This document shows positions 49,400 to 61,800 of a stretch of 64,000 nt of DNA, piece by piece. This DNA is from Squalus acanthias (lineage: Eukaryota). Position numbers and translations under genes: made by a program. The DNA is taken from contig CM059432.1 of assembly GCA_030390025.1 (NCBI GenBank), positions 139,874,001-139,938,000 on the forward strand. The letters are read 5' to 3'. The notes below the pieces were generated by a model, which saw nothing but the letters and a program-made list of their open reading frames with translations, searched no databases and was not told the origin of the DNA. Every line of letters starts with the position of its first letter. The first letter of the stretch is position 1.

Positions 49400-51230
49400 A
49401 GCACAACCATTTGCTAACATAGTACTGTAATTTTCAGGACAGTGCTTTTGCCCATTAAAAATTTTTTTTTTTTCCATTCTCTCGAATCCTTTGGTGGGAC
49501 CTCCAATTCTAATGTTTCCCCTATAGAACCTCACCAGAATGTTCAGCTAGCCATTTCCTTAAGTACTCTTGTGTGCAAGCCATCTGGTGCTGGGGTTTTA
49601 TTCTCTTTCAGAGAGTCCAATGTATCTGTCATTTCCTCAAGTAACTACTGATGTCCTTAAATTTTCCTTCTCATTTCCCAGAAAATCAACTCTCATTTCT
49701 AAGAGAAAGGCAACGGCTTCTTCTGTGAATACTGCTGGAACAAAATTGTACAGGTTACCTATAATTCTCCAATTACTGAATACCACAAATCCAATGGTGC
49801 TTTTCAAAGGCTCTACTACTTCCTTGACTCTCTATTTACTCTGGATGTACGTACTCTGGATGCCTTTTATATTGTGTTTTTTTTTAATCTTCCTTCCAAT
49901 CCTAATCTCATTGTTTATTTTTGGCTGTATAGCCTGTTTTTTAAAAACAGTTTGGGGTAAAAATTGAGTCGCGCCCCATTTGGGGCGCTAACCTCGCCGG
50001 GGCGCGACTTTTAGCGCCCCGAAAAAATTAGCGGCCCGCGCCGGAACTTCAGTGGTTGCGCCCCAAGAGGGAAGCGGGGCGCAACTGGAAGCAGCCCGCA
50101 TCCCTCTTGGGGCGCTGTGAGTGAATATCCTGGCGCTACGTGCCGCAGCGCCACGCGCTGCGGCACGTCGCGCCGCGGTATTGCAGGCCTTCCTCCCCTT
50201 CTTAAAGGGGAGGGACCCTGCGCAGTGCGAACCGGGGCCCAGCTGGGCCCCCAGGGATCGGGAGTGCCGGCAAAAGAACCCGGCACTCAAGAGAAGTGCC
50301 GGGCTCTTGGAGCGCAGCCGGCACTTCACGGTGGGGGGGCTTCACGGGGGCCGGGGGCAGGTGCTGGCAGGCGGCCAGCAACAAAAATGGCCGCCTGCCA
50401 CCTCCGCTTTAAATATCGCCGCCCCGGCCGCACGTACGCCTCCCTGAACCCGTCGGACATAGCGTCTGGCGGTAAATCAGGGGGCGCGACTGAAGATCAC
50501 GGCTGGGGCGCGAGCGGGGTGCTGCGCACGGCGATGACGTCATCGCCGGCGGCGCAGCGCCACAGGGCGCTACCGGCTGCCGCCGCCGCTAACCTCCCAC
50601 TAAATTTTTCGGGAGGCGTGGGCGGCGCTGCGCCCGGGTGTTAGCTGCTTTACGCCCCATTAGCGCCCTCTTAAGGCGCTAACGGGAGGCGCAAGCAGCT
50701 GAATTTTTCCCCCTTTCTACCTTATTCAACCGTGGAACCCCAACCTTCAATACACTCCCTTTTATTTCCTACTGGAATATACTTGTTTTTTACCCTTTTC
50801 ACCTCTGGTTTAATTCCCATTGCTGTTCTGCGGTTCTATTTGCCGATCTTACCTTCTATTTAACATTTTGTCTCTCTATAATTTGATTTTTTTCCAGTCA
50901 GTTACCTTTGTGATCAATTATTCTTTTTCCTTTTCTATTCTTACACTGAACCTAATTATAGTATGGATGCTATTTCTCAAATGTTCCCCTCCTTTTAAGT
51001 CCTTTCAGTACATTGACTGAGAAAACAGTCCTGAACACACTGTGGAAAAACCTTCTCTTTCTTACAACAAACATTTTTCCTATCCCCGTCTATTTTTGTA
51101 TAATTAAAATCTCCTACAATTATTATACGCATCTCTAAATCATCTACAAATTTTATCTGCAATTTTCTTTCCACTGTTACTCCCAGATTTATGATTATAA
51201 TAATAATACTTAAAATGAGGTCCCGTCCCA
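49400..51230 (-). mobile_element. old CR1 ORF2 fragment interrupted by MITE copy 2
   Basis: IIIVGDFNYTKID..QDCFLSQ endonuclease motif. Confidence 0.6.
49954..50713. mobile_element. young GC/CpG-rich MITE, copy 2
   Basis: Near-identical to 47337-48109; TTT TSD. Confidence 0.88.
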
Positions 51231-51235
51231 GTTTC

Positions 51236-52310
51236 AACAACAACAACAACAACTTGTATTTATATAACGCCTTTAACATAGTAAAACGTCCCAAGGCGCT
51301 TCACAGGAGTGTTGAAAGACAAAAAATGTTGACACCAAGCCACATAAGGAGAAATTAGGGCAGGTGACCAAAAGCTTGGTCAAAGAGGTAGGTTTTAAGG
51401 AGCGTCTTAAAGGAGGAGAGAGAGGTAGCGAGGCGAAGAGGTTTAGGGAGGGTATTCCAGAGCTTAGGGCCTAGGCAACAGAAGGCACGGCCACCAAAGG
51501 TTGAGCGATTATAATCAGGCATGCTCAAGAGGGCAGAATTAGAGGAGCACAGATATCTCGGGGGTTTGTGGGACTGAAGGAGATTACAGAGATAGGGAGG
51601 GGCGAGGGCCATGGAGGGATTTGAAAACAAGGATGAGAATTTTGAAATCGAGTGTTGCTTAACCGTGAGCCAGTGTAGGTCAGTGAGCACAGGGGTGATG
51701 GGCGAATGGGACTTGGTGCGAGTTAGGACACGGGCAATTGAGTTTTGGATGACCTCAAGTTTACGTAGGGTAGACTGTGGGAGGCCAGCTAGGAGTGCGT
51801 TGGAATAGTCATGTCTAGGGGTAACAAAGGCATGGATGAGGGTTTCAGCAGCGGATGAGCTGAGGTAAGGGCGGAGACGGGCGATGTTACGGAGGTTGAA
51901 ATAGGCCGTCTTAGTTATGCTGCGGATATGTGGTCGGAAGCTCATTTCAGGGTCAAATATGACACCAAGGTTGCGAACAGTGTGGTTCAGCCTCAGACAG
52001 ATGTTAGGGAGCGGGATGGAGCCGTGGCTAGGGAACGGAGTTTGTGATGGGGACCGAAAACAATGGCTTCGGTCTTCCCAATATTTAATTGGAGAAAATT
52101 TCTTCTCATCCAGAACTGGATGTCCGTGAAGCAGTCTGACAATTTAGAGACCGTGAAGGGGTCGAGAGAAGTGGCGGTGAGGTAGAGCTGGGTATCGTCA
52201 GCATACATGTGGAAACTGGCACTGTGTTTTTGGATGATGTTGCCAAGGGGCAACATGTAGATGAGAAATAGGAGGGGGGTCAAGGATAGATCCTTGGGGG
52301 ACACCAGAGG
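51236..52310 (-). mobile_element. L2 LINE 3' portion
   Basis: FHMYADDTQLY; TAYFNLRNIARLRPYLS; KLWNTLP; (TTG)n tail. Confidence 0.93.
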
Positions 52311-52499
52311 TGTCCCAATTCACCCGGACCTGTCCCAATTCCACAGTCCTATCAGTATCTAGTTTCAGTCCATAAGTTACATCCATGGCTAGCTTCATTG
52401 CCTGCTACTGGTCCTAGTTCCTGAGTTCTGCTAATGGCCAGCCCAGCTGTTCTATGCTGGTGTTTATGCTCCACAGGAGCCTCCTCCCACCCCTCTTCA

Positions 52500-53625
52500 T
52501 GTAAACCTATCGGCAGATCCTTCTATTCCTTTCTCCCTCATGTACGTATCTAGCTTCCCCTTAAATGTATCTACACTCTTCGCCTCAACCACTCCTTGTG
52601 GCAGCGAGTTCCACATTCTCACCACTCTTTGGGTAAAGAGGTTTCTCTGGAATTCCCTAATGGATTTATTGGTGACTATCTTATATTTATGGTCCCTCGT
52701 TTTGGTCTCCCCCACAAGTGGAAACATCTCTAAGTCTACCTTCATAGTTTTAAAGACTTCTGTTAGATCACCCCTCAGTCTACCCTTTTCTGGAAAAAAG
52801 AGCCCCAGCCTGTTCAGCCTTTCCTGATAAGTATATTGGGCCGAAAATTGATCCCGGGACGCGAGAGTACGCACTGCGTACTCTCGCGTATTCCCACTCC
52901 AATTGCCGGTTTTCTGCATGCCCTGCGCATGCGCTGAAAACCGGCAATTGCTCTTCTGAAAAGGGGGCGGGTCCTGGGTGCATCGCGTGCGCGCTACAGG
53001 CTGCGCGCACGCTGTGCACTTCATGCTTTGGACGCGCAGGTAAGTAGGGAAGATTTTGGAAATGTAAAAAGGAGGAGTAAGACCCACTTTTAAGAAGGTA
53101 AGTAGTGAATTAAGTATTTTTTTGAATTTTTTTTTACAGGTATATCTTTTTTAGAGACTTTAAAGACAGGTAAGTTTATTTTTATAACTTTTTAAAAGAT
53201 TTTAAATTTTTTCAAAAATTTAATTTTTTATTTAAAATGGTTAATTTAATTAACTATACTTATTTTATTAATGTGATGGTTTTTAAAAAAATTTTAATTG
53301 AGGTTTAGCTGTTATTTTGGGGGGGTGTAAGATTCATAGATTTCACAGCCATGCTGTGAGACTTATGAATGGAAGATGGTGTGCTGCCATTGGCTCTAAC
53401 TGAGTCACGTGATCCCACAGCTCGCACGAATTCACTACGCCGCTGGGATACGCAAGCACTGCCCGGCTGATGTCTGGAACATCAAGTTCGTGCGAGCTGG
53501 ATCTGAAAAAGCACAAGTGAGTTGAGACATCGCGGGGAAGGCTTACCCCCGCGGGAACAGAGCGAGATCAATTTCTGGGCCATTCTCTCAGTTCTGGCAT
53601 CATCCTTGGGAATCCTTGTCTGTTG
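52500..53625 (-). mobile_element. CR1 3' fragment interrupted by a MITE
   Basis: YQERLNRLGLF..RLRGDLTEVFK..WNSLP. Confidence 0.8.
52838..53581. mobile_element. PIF/Harbinger-like MITE with an AT-rich core
   Basis: GGGCCGAAAATTGATC / GATCAATTTCTGGGCC TIRs, ATT TSD. Confidence 0.85.
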
Positions 53626-54810
53626 TCTTTTTCAGTGCCAGAGTCAGTATTCGCAACCCTCATATTTTTCTTTCAGCAACCTAGAGGATTTCTTTGCCCC
53701 AGAGATCATCTCTCAAATGGCAACATTTTATCAGGTGTAAGAATTTCACAGGCATTCAGCGAGCGGAAGCTGGGCAAATAGCGCAACTCTCCACCCGCGG
53801 AGGCCCATCTCCCGGGGATGCGGAGAATCTGTCAAGAGGATTCTTGACAGATCGCAAGTTCCGGGTTTTAGCGCAGGTGCTTCGCATGCCTAAACCCGGA
53901 ACTTGCGCGGCCCCTACGGGCACGTGCGCACCTCGTACGCACCCGTAGGGGTCGCAAAATATGGCCCCATGTGACAATCCAAGATTGTCTATGAATATGT
54001 TGGTGTGTGGATCTCCTGGAGAATGCTGCTACCATCCTGGGGCTGCTGTGCTTGTCGAGTAGTCCAGGGAGAGTCTGCTGGTTATGTCATCATGCTGCAT
54101 GTGGCAACTGTGTAAACACCATGGGCTATTCCAGACATTCTGTAAATACCCCAAATGTCCAAGGGTATGAAACATGCCCTTTAATGGGTGTAGCATGGCC
54201 ATGTTTTGCTCTACTATTAAATTATATTTTACCTCAGATTCCAAAGAAGTATTTGGCATATTATAGCAGTAACATTAGCATCTCTGCTGGATCAGTAGTG
54301 TTGAGTCAGTTCCCTGTTCAGTGCTTTCTTCTCTCTCCCTGAAAGGATGCATCGATGCTGATATCTAAACTAGAAAATAACTAATTAGAGTGAGAAATTA
54401 CAGGTCAATATAATTGCAGCCAATTAATAGGATAGATTATATAGCATTATTACAGTACACAATATTTACTTCATTTGGTTTTGTCTACAAATCCATTACA
54501 GAAGCATGGCTACACCTATTTGATGAATTTAACATATTTCATTATTATTCTTTACCATTTTTATCACAAAAAATGACACAGTAATTATTTGATGTAAGAA
54601 CATAAGAAAAATGAGATGTAAAAGGCTGGTCAGCCCAAGGAGCCGTGTCCCTCTAGCGCATTCTCCCACCATGGCATCGAATTGTATTTCAATAATCTCA
54701 ATGCAGGCTGCTGTCGTAATCCTCAACTTCAAATAAATTGGGAGAAAACACACACCCTCCAGATAATGCGCTGCCATTATACTGCACTTTATCTTATAAA
54801 CTAATGTATA

Positions 54811-55195
54811 CAACAACAACAACTTGCATTTATATAACACCTTTAATGTAGTAAACACCCAAATACGTTTCATAGGAGGGTAATCAGACAAAAATTGAAG
54901 GAGATATTAGGACAGGTGACCAAAAGCTTGGTCAAAGAGGTAGGTTTTAGGGAGCACCTTAAAGGAGTTGGAGAAACAGAGAGGTTTAGGGAGGGAATTC
55001 CAGAGCTTAGGACCTCGGCAGCTGAAGGCACGGCCTTCAATGGTGGGGCGATAGAAATCGGGGATGAACAAGATGCTAGGATTGGAGGAGCGCAGCGATC
55101 TCGGAGGGTTGTAGGGCCGGAGGAAGTTACACCGAAAAGGAGGGGCGGGGCCATGGAGGAATTTAAAAACATGGATGAGAATTTTAAAATCGAGT
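54811..55195 (-). mobile_element. L2 3' fragment
   Basis: DFKILIHVFK..GPKLWNSLPK..KTYLF; (TTG)n tail. Confidence 0.88.
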
Positions 55196-56924
55196 AATAG
55201 TGTGGTATAATTTAATCTGAGAATTAACAGCCGCGCAAATGCTAACTTTGTGTTAAGAGGAATAAATTCAGGAATTTGTGTTAAAGTACTGTGTGTTAAC
55301 CTTAGAGGATGCTCCAAAAATGACCTCTGAGTAAAATAGTGTAACACACAAACAATAATGCACACTGCTTTTTATGTCAACTGCTTGTTAAGCAGTAATT
55401 AAACAGAAACAAGCACATTTCTATGAAAGTTGCTGCTTCTGCACAATGCATTAATATCTCCTATTTCAATCGGGAGTTAAAGTAACTGAGGGAGCAGGCA
55501 GACTTTGCACAAAGCTTGTGTTTATTGGCTACCAACGACTTTAAGCAGCAAGGGTATAGCGTTAACTCTATTGCTGGACATGCTGAAGGATGAGAAACAG
55601 GAGTAACGGAACCATGGTCAAGGAAGTTTGCAATGCATTGGAGTGAACCTTCAGGATTCGGTTGGACAGACAGACAAGATTCTTTTTCCAATTTGTCTAT
55701 TCCCCAAGTACAAGTAGTGCTGACTGCCCAGACATTGCTATTTGGACACTGTACCACAATACCCTTTCTCTTGTCAATAGAAAGGGTTACTGTTCACATC
55801 ATGTACAAAGCCACAGACAAAATATATGCAACATAACTGCTCGTTTGTGGTTATTGCTCATAACATACATATCTTGATGTGATCATAATGCCATATCCAT
55901 GGTCTCAACAATTTAACCGAATGGTTACCCTATTGGACATGCTTTAAAAATTCATTAGAAACTTGATCATGAAGCAAAGGATTGATGGCATAGTGGCTTG
56001 GTATACCAATATGTGCCACACCACGATCGTTAGGATGTGGATTTACAATTCAACGCAGGCTGACTTTTAGGTACTGTGCTTCCCTACACAGTGGAAAGGA
56101 GAATTAGAGGGAAAGTTACCCTGGACTGCTGTCGGCACTTCTTTGTCATCGATTATGGAGCTGAAGCCTGAGAATGGGATGTTTCCCTGCGCTGTCAAAC
56201 AGGGTATGGCGCAGGGAGTTGCGTGAATATACATGGAAAAAAAAAACAGCTTGCCAAGTTATTGTGTACTAAACTGTAAAACAAAATTCCATTTGGCACA
56301 AATAATGCAAGCATACCTTCCATTGAGCAAATATACATGCAAAACACTTGGAACTTTACGCAGATAAAAGCAACAACGTATTGTTGAGGGCGTTTTCTGC
56401 ACTCTGTTCTACAGAGTTGTGTGCAGTTCTAATTACTTAACTGATCAGAAGTACAAATTGAAATAATTCTCCAGTTATGTCACTAGGGGGCCCCAGTACT
56501 TAAAAAAGAAGCATTGTGATCCCTGTTCGATTGCTGACTGTTCTTTGAGATGGGCAGCATCATCACATTCACAAGTTAGAGATATCTACTGTGCTGTAAC
56601 TGTGAGCCTCTGGTTGAGATTGAGTCTTGAGTTCCTTTCCTGAAACCATTTGACTTCATTTAGTAGCGAACTAGTTGACAGTGGACTGGATGAGACAAGG
56701 ACCTCTCGCGCATCAGTAGTGAATAACTCTTCTTTTTCTACTGCGTAGATGCCCATGTTTCAGGACAGAACTGCGGCATTTTCCTTGCTGGTACACCTTC
56801 TGAATGGTTCTTTTGTGCCAGTGAATCTATGTCCATAACATAGACATGTGGTCTCCTCCACATAAATATGTGACGGGGTCCACAGCTCACATTCTTCAAA
56901 GTTCCATCTGAATCATTGCCGAAC

Positions 56925-57375
56925 CCCCAGTCATGATTCATTTATCCTGCACCAGTCCTCTGTGCCGCCTTTATTCCAACCAGGCTGCCAGGTTATAAGC
57001 TGGCTAATGGGTGACAAGGGATATCCCAGCTGGACATGTCTCATGACTCCTGCCAGAACCCAGGCACAGACACAGAGCAAACCTACACCGAGAGCCATGC
57101 CGCCGCCAGCAATATCTTTAAGCCGACCATCAGCATCCTCAAGCAACCCGTCCTCTGCCTGGAGCAGTGCAGTACACCCCTGACTGTGTTTCCAGACTTG
57201 TGGTTGTGTGTTGCATGCTGCATAACTGCTATACTGAGGGACCAGCTCTCACCACCACCTGGGCAACAAAAAGTGGAGGAGGAGGAAGAGCATCACAAAG
57301 AGAAAGAAGAACTTGAACAGCATCAACCACCAGTGCCCCAAGCGCTTCGAGAACAACTGATCCAAGAGCATGTCA
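56925..57375 (+). pseudogene. Harbinger (HARBI1-like) DDE transposase C-terminal remnant
   Basis: SHDSFIL..WLMGDKGYP..LMTP, then frameshifted YTESHAAASNIFKPTISILKQ..CL and an acidic tail. Confidence 0.85.
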
Positions 57376-57639
57376 TGAACCATCCCTCCCTTCTCCAATA
57401 CACCAACAGTTCCACCATCCTTATCACCACCGTCCTGATAATCACCATCTGATTGCCTTCGTGCAATCCAGCCTCAAGGGTCTTGCCCTTACTTGACGAC
57501 AAATATTAACACCAACACAAAATCCAGAACAAAATCTTTACTCCAACAACTCAATTCATATTTGTATAACTTCATTTGCTGAATTAAGGGTCACCCTTGT
57601 GCAACCCCTTAGTGCCTGTCTTGTATGCTCATTTACCTA

Positions 57640-58300
57640 TCCTAGTTCTCCTACAAGGTGTATTCCCAGTGGTTACAGCTTGGGAGGTGGAAGGCTACTG
57701 AGCCCCCATTGAGGACACTTCAGGTGGCCGTGGTGGGTGACCTCGAGCAGCTCTGGGCCCTGAAGGCCCGGCTGCAGACTGCAGCATCTCTGTCTGGGTC
57801 GGAGCAGTCTGGTCCAGCTGGCTGCGTGGCACTGACGAGGGCACTGGTGGAATGGGTGGCAGGTGCACAAGTTTGCTGTCGTCCTGAGGGGGGACACCAG
57901 TGCCGCTCCCATGGAGCCAATGCCACTCTCCCAGGACTACACCTCAGCACTCCTACTGCTCTGCGCGAGAACCCAGTGCAGGAGTGACGTGACCCTCTGG
58001 AAGCCCCTGTCAACGCTGGCACCCAGAGCCAGGATGGCAGCAATCTGAGCTTCCATAGCAGCAGTGTGAGTTGTCAGAGCTGTCAGCAGAGGCTTCATCA
58101 TGGTGGGCACCACATGTTGCTCCTTATTGGACATACTGGTATCCATGCTCTGTAGAAAGCCTTGAAACAAGTTGGAGCTGGACTCCTCCATGCTGTCAGC
58201 CTTTATGCACAAGCTCGCTGGCAGGCTGCACAGTGCACCCAGCATTTCCTGATATATGCCCATGAGTTTTCTTCGGTAGCCTGGGCCCTCAAAGTCAGGC
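57640..58300 (-). pseudogene. Harbinger Myb-gene C-terminal remnant, convergent with the transposase
   Basis: AAMEAQIAAILALGASVDRGFQ is homologous to the 41055 ORF AAMEAQTAAIIALNTSVQRGFQ. Confidence 0.75.
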
Positions 58301-58554
58301 TAGTATGTGATCTTGCTCTCCGTCGAGAACGCACCTTTCACCAAATTGTTGGCCTTCCAGCAGCCGTTGATTTGTGTCTCTAGACGCGTTTGCATTGTTT
58401 AGCTTGGATCATGTGTGTGTGTGTGTGGCCACTCCCTGTGTTTACACTGTTAAATCCGGTTCCCTTATCCTGGAGGCAGAATCACAGACCTGCCTTTTTA
58501 TTTGCAAGAATTCTGGTTTACAAGAATCCAGTGGCTAAGCTTATGTCTGTCGAA

Positions 58555-58865
58555 CGTCTCCAGTACCTGTCCAACTCCCTTTTAAAATTATTTATGGAAT
58601 CAGCTTCCACCACCTTTTCAGGTCGAGCGTTCCAGATCCCCACAACTTTGAATGAAACAATTTCTCCTCATCTCCCCTCTAGATCTTTTTCCAATGATTT
58701 TGAATCTATGACCTCTGGTTATTGACCCCCTCGCCAGAGGGAATAGTTTTTCTTTATCTACTCTATCAAAGCCCCTCATCATCTTGAAAACCTCCATTAG
58801 GTCACCTCTTAACCTTCTCTGTTCCAGGGAGAACAGTCCTAACTTTTCAAACCTCTTCTCATAAC
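58555..58865 (-). mobile_element. CR1 3' fragment
   Basis: Matches the 1900-2190 and 13780-14060 copies. Confidence 0.8.
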
Positions 58866-61800
58866 ATCATAACAATGTTAAGGGGGAATGATAAAGTAAC
58901 TTGCATACCACTTTATCAAATTTGCAAACAGGAATGCACAAAGATAGAATGCTGAAAAACAAAATATTTTTGCTATTTAAACATGATAAAAGCTAATCTA
59001 ATAATGTTAAAGAAATATAACATTTCCCACTACATGCAAAGACTTTCCCAGACAGATACTGTGGGGGTGGGGTGGTTGGAGCTGGAAGGTCATGTGATGA
59101 AACCTCCCGGAATATGTCCAACCAGAGTTGGCAACCCTAATTAAGAGGGGTGACTTAGAGTTTGGTCATAGCGGTGGGCTTTAAGGGGGTCTTTAATAAG
59201 CAGAGGCGGGTGCAGAAGCAGAGGAGTTTAGGGAGGGCATTCCATAGCATAGGGCCTAGACAGTTTCCGCACTGTGGCAGGGGCAGAAACCTAATTGGAG
59301 AGATTCAAACACGGAGCCATCAGAGTAAAATTCTTTTATGGTGGAATATCCTCCATTTTGTCAGACAGACAGTAATCCTTAGTGCCAGTGTGGAAACAGT
59401 TCAATGCCGAATGGTCTTTTTTTTATATATACTTCGTCCTGGCGAGATTTTGTAATGTGTTAAGAGAAGCACGGGAGGAAAATAGAATGGGAGAGTGAAA
59501 TGCTGACAGTAACACAAATTGTTCACACTTCTAACACCCGTGAAAGAAAGCAGACATAAAACTCTTTGCTTACACCCCCCCCCCGCCCCCCGCCCCCCGT
59601 CCCCGTCCCCGCCCCCCGTCCACCAGGTGTCTTTGCTTCATTGTTGACAGTTTGAGAGATATTTTAAGCTCCATGGAGGCTAACTGCTACTATGAATATC
59701 TTAAAAAACGACAGCTTTTTACAGAAAAGGTACCCACTTGGGACACATCAAAGGCAAGTACTTACCATTCACAGTACAGAGCCCTGGACTTTAAATAAGT
59801 CGGTAGTTTTGCAGTCTCCACACTACTTTTCTCACCATTGCAAATGCCAATCTCATAATTGTTTGTTTATCTATCTACTAAAGTCTGCTTACTTTAGACA
59901 TCATTGTCTAAGGTGCTCAGACAGACAGAACTTGTGCTATGATTGTAAATACAAAACAATATGTGTGCAAATAAATGTTTTTTTTATTGCAGCATATGTA
60001 AAGCATTTTATATTTTACTTTAATGTGTATTCTTATCACAATTTTATATCTCTTCAGAGCCATGATGTATAATAAATTGAAAAATCAGTCAAATAATTCA
60101 GCCATACACTATCTTTTATGGCCATCTGAACATGGCAAGCTGGGCTTCAAAGTCCAAGGAGATCACTGCAAGGGGCCAGTAATAGATTCAGAGAGTCCAG
60201 TGTCACACTGAGCTGAACCCATCTGTTGAGGTCACCATGATATATGGAGTCACATTGAAAGCTTTTAGTTTGAACGCACCAGATCTGTAGTTGGAGCATG
60301 TTCAACAAGTTCTCTCAGCAAAATACAAAAGAGCCTTATTATTAAATGATCATACTGTATTGACTTGACTGTTCTGTTTTAGCTTGCTGTGGGCCGGGGT
60401 GTTGTAACTCTGACGGGAACATTCACATCTAAAGTCCACATCCTTAGGGGGAAAATGTTTCTTTCTCACCAAAAAATTATTTGTTGCAAATTTAGTTTAT
60501 CTTCAGGGGAAAGGGGCGGGAGATCATGTGTAGGAGTGCCAAATTCGCTCGCCATTGTTACTTTGTAAAAATCCAGCAATTTTGCAGAGTAAAAGATATA
60601 TGCCATGAGTTCCAATTCTCCGCAAATTGCTGGACTTTTACGAACCTTTATGAGGTCCCAGATGCAACATTGACCTCGCTGCGCCGTTACTGGATCGAGG
60701 TCCCAGCAATTTGCGTCGTAAAAATAGTGCAATGTCAACGGTGAGTGTAAAAGTCCAATTGACATTGTTCGCCGCCAAACCCGCCATTGCAGCAAATTCT
60801 GGCCCAACTTATTTTATGGGTTCAAAGGGCACGCGACAGCTAAGCAGCATATCCAGCAGAACCTGCGACAAATGGAAAGATACAGGATGTGATTTAAAGA
60901 AAGTGTCGAGTAAAGCCGCTTTTGTTTGGGTCGGATTCTGGGAGACAGGTGTCCATGAGCCAGCTCCCAGTGTTTACACAACTAAAGCAGCCCCCTTATC
61001 TTGGTGGCAGAATCGTAGATCCAGTTTTTGATGGGTCCATACGTCTGCAATTGGGAATAAGGGGGAGCCAGATCTAGTAGCGTAAGCTCCAAGAGCTGAG
61101 TCACAGATCCTGTTCCCAGTATCTGACCTAACAAGCACCTGCTAAAGAGTAGTGTTAGTAAGAAGATGGGACTGTCAATCATCTTACACTACTATATATG
61201 AGTCTGCATCACAATTAGCTTATCTAGCAATATACTGGTGCGATTTGCAATGATCTCACACAGCTCACTATGGATTTCATGTATCTGCCGCACATCGATG
61301 TCAATGACAAACTAAGGAAGCAGTAGGTTTAATAACTAGTTTCACTAACAGGTATTACTAATCTGACTTTATCCAGTAATGTGATGTAACTGAAGCACAA
61401 AAGTCAGAAAATGAAGGTATTACATAAGGGGGGTGCAGGCTATAGAAACACGCATGCCAAGTTACAGCTGGGATAGCCTGTTCTGTAAAGCTGCTTTTTT
61501 CATAATGCCAAGACCTGTGCTACTGTGCATGCTCCTGAATGTGCTAGTCTTGCAAAGCCTGGGTGATGCAGAAGTTTGTGCGGATTCTAACACTGAGGGT
61601 TTCCGCAATGCTAATTGCATATATTTTATTGCGTCACAAATCGTCACTCGAATCATATTCAAAGTAATGTTCTTGCCTCTCATGCAAAGGGCAAAGACGA
61701 AAACAACAAAATGCTCTAAGATGCCTAAGTGCTAATCATAGAGGAAGAATGCTGCGTGTAACAAAATGGTAAACCTGCATATAAACCACGGGTTTATGAT

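Noticed and set aside
47371..50644. Overlapping Ala/Arg/Gly-rich ORFs present twice
   Set aside because: GC-rich MITE artefacts; no domain, and frames are not preserved between the two copies
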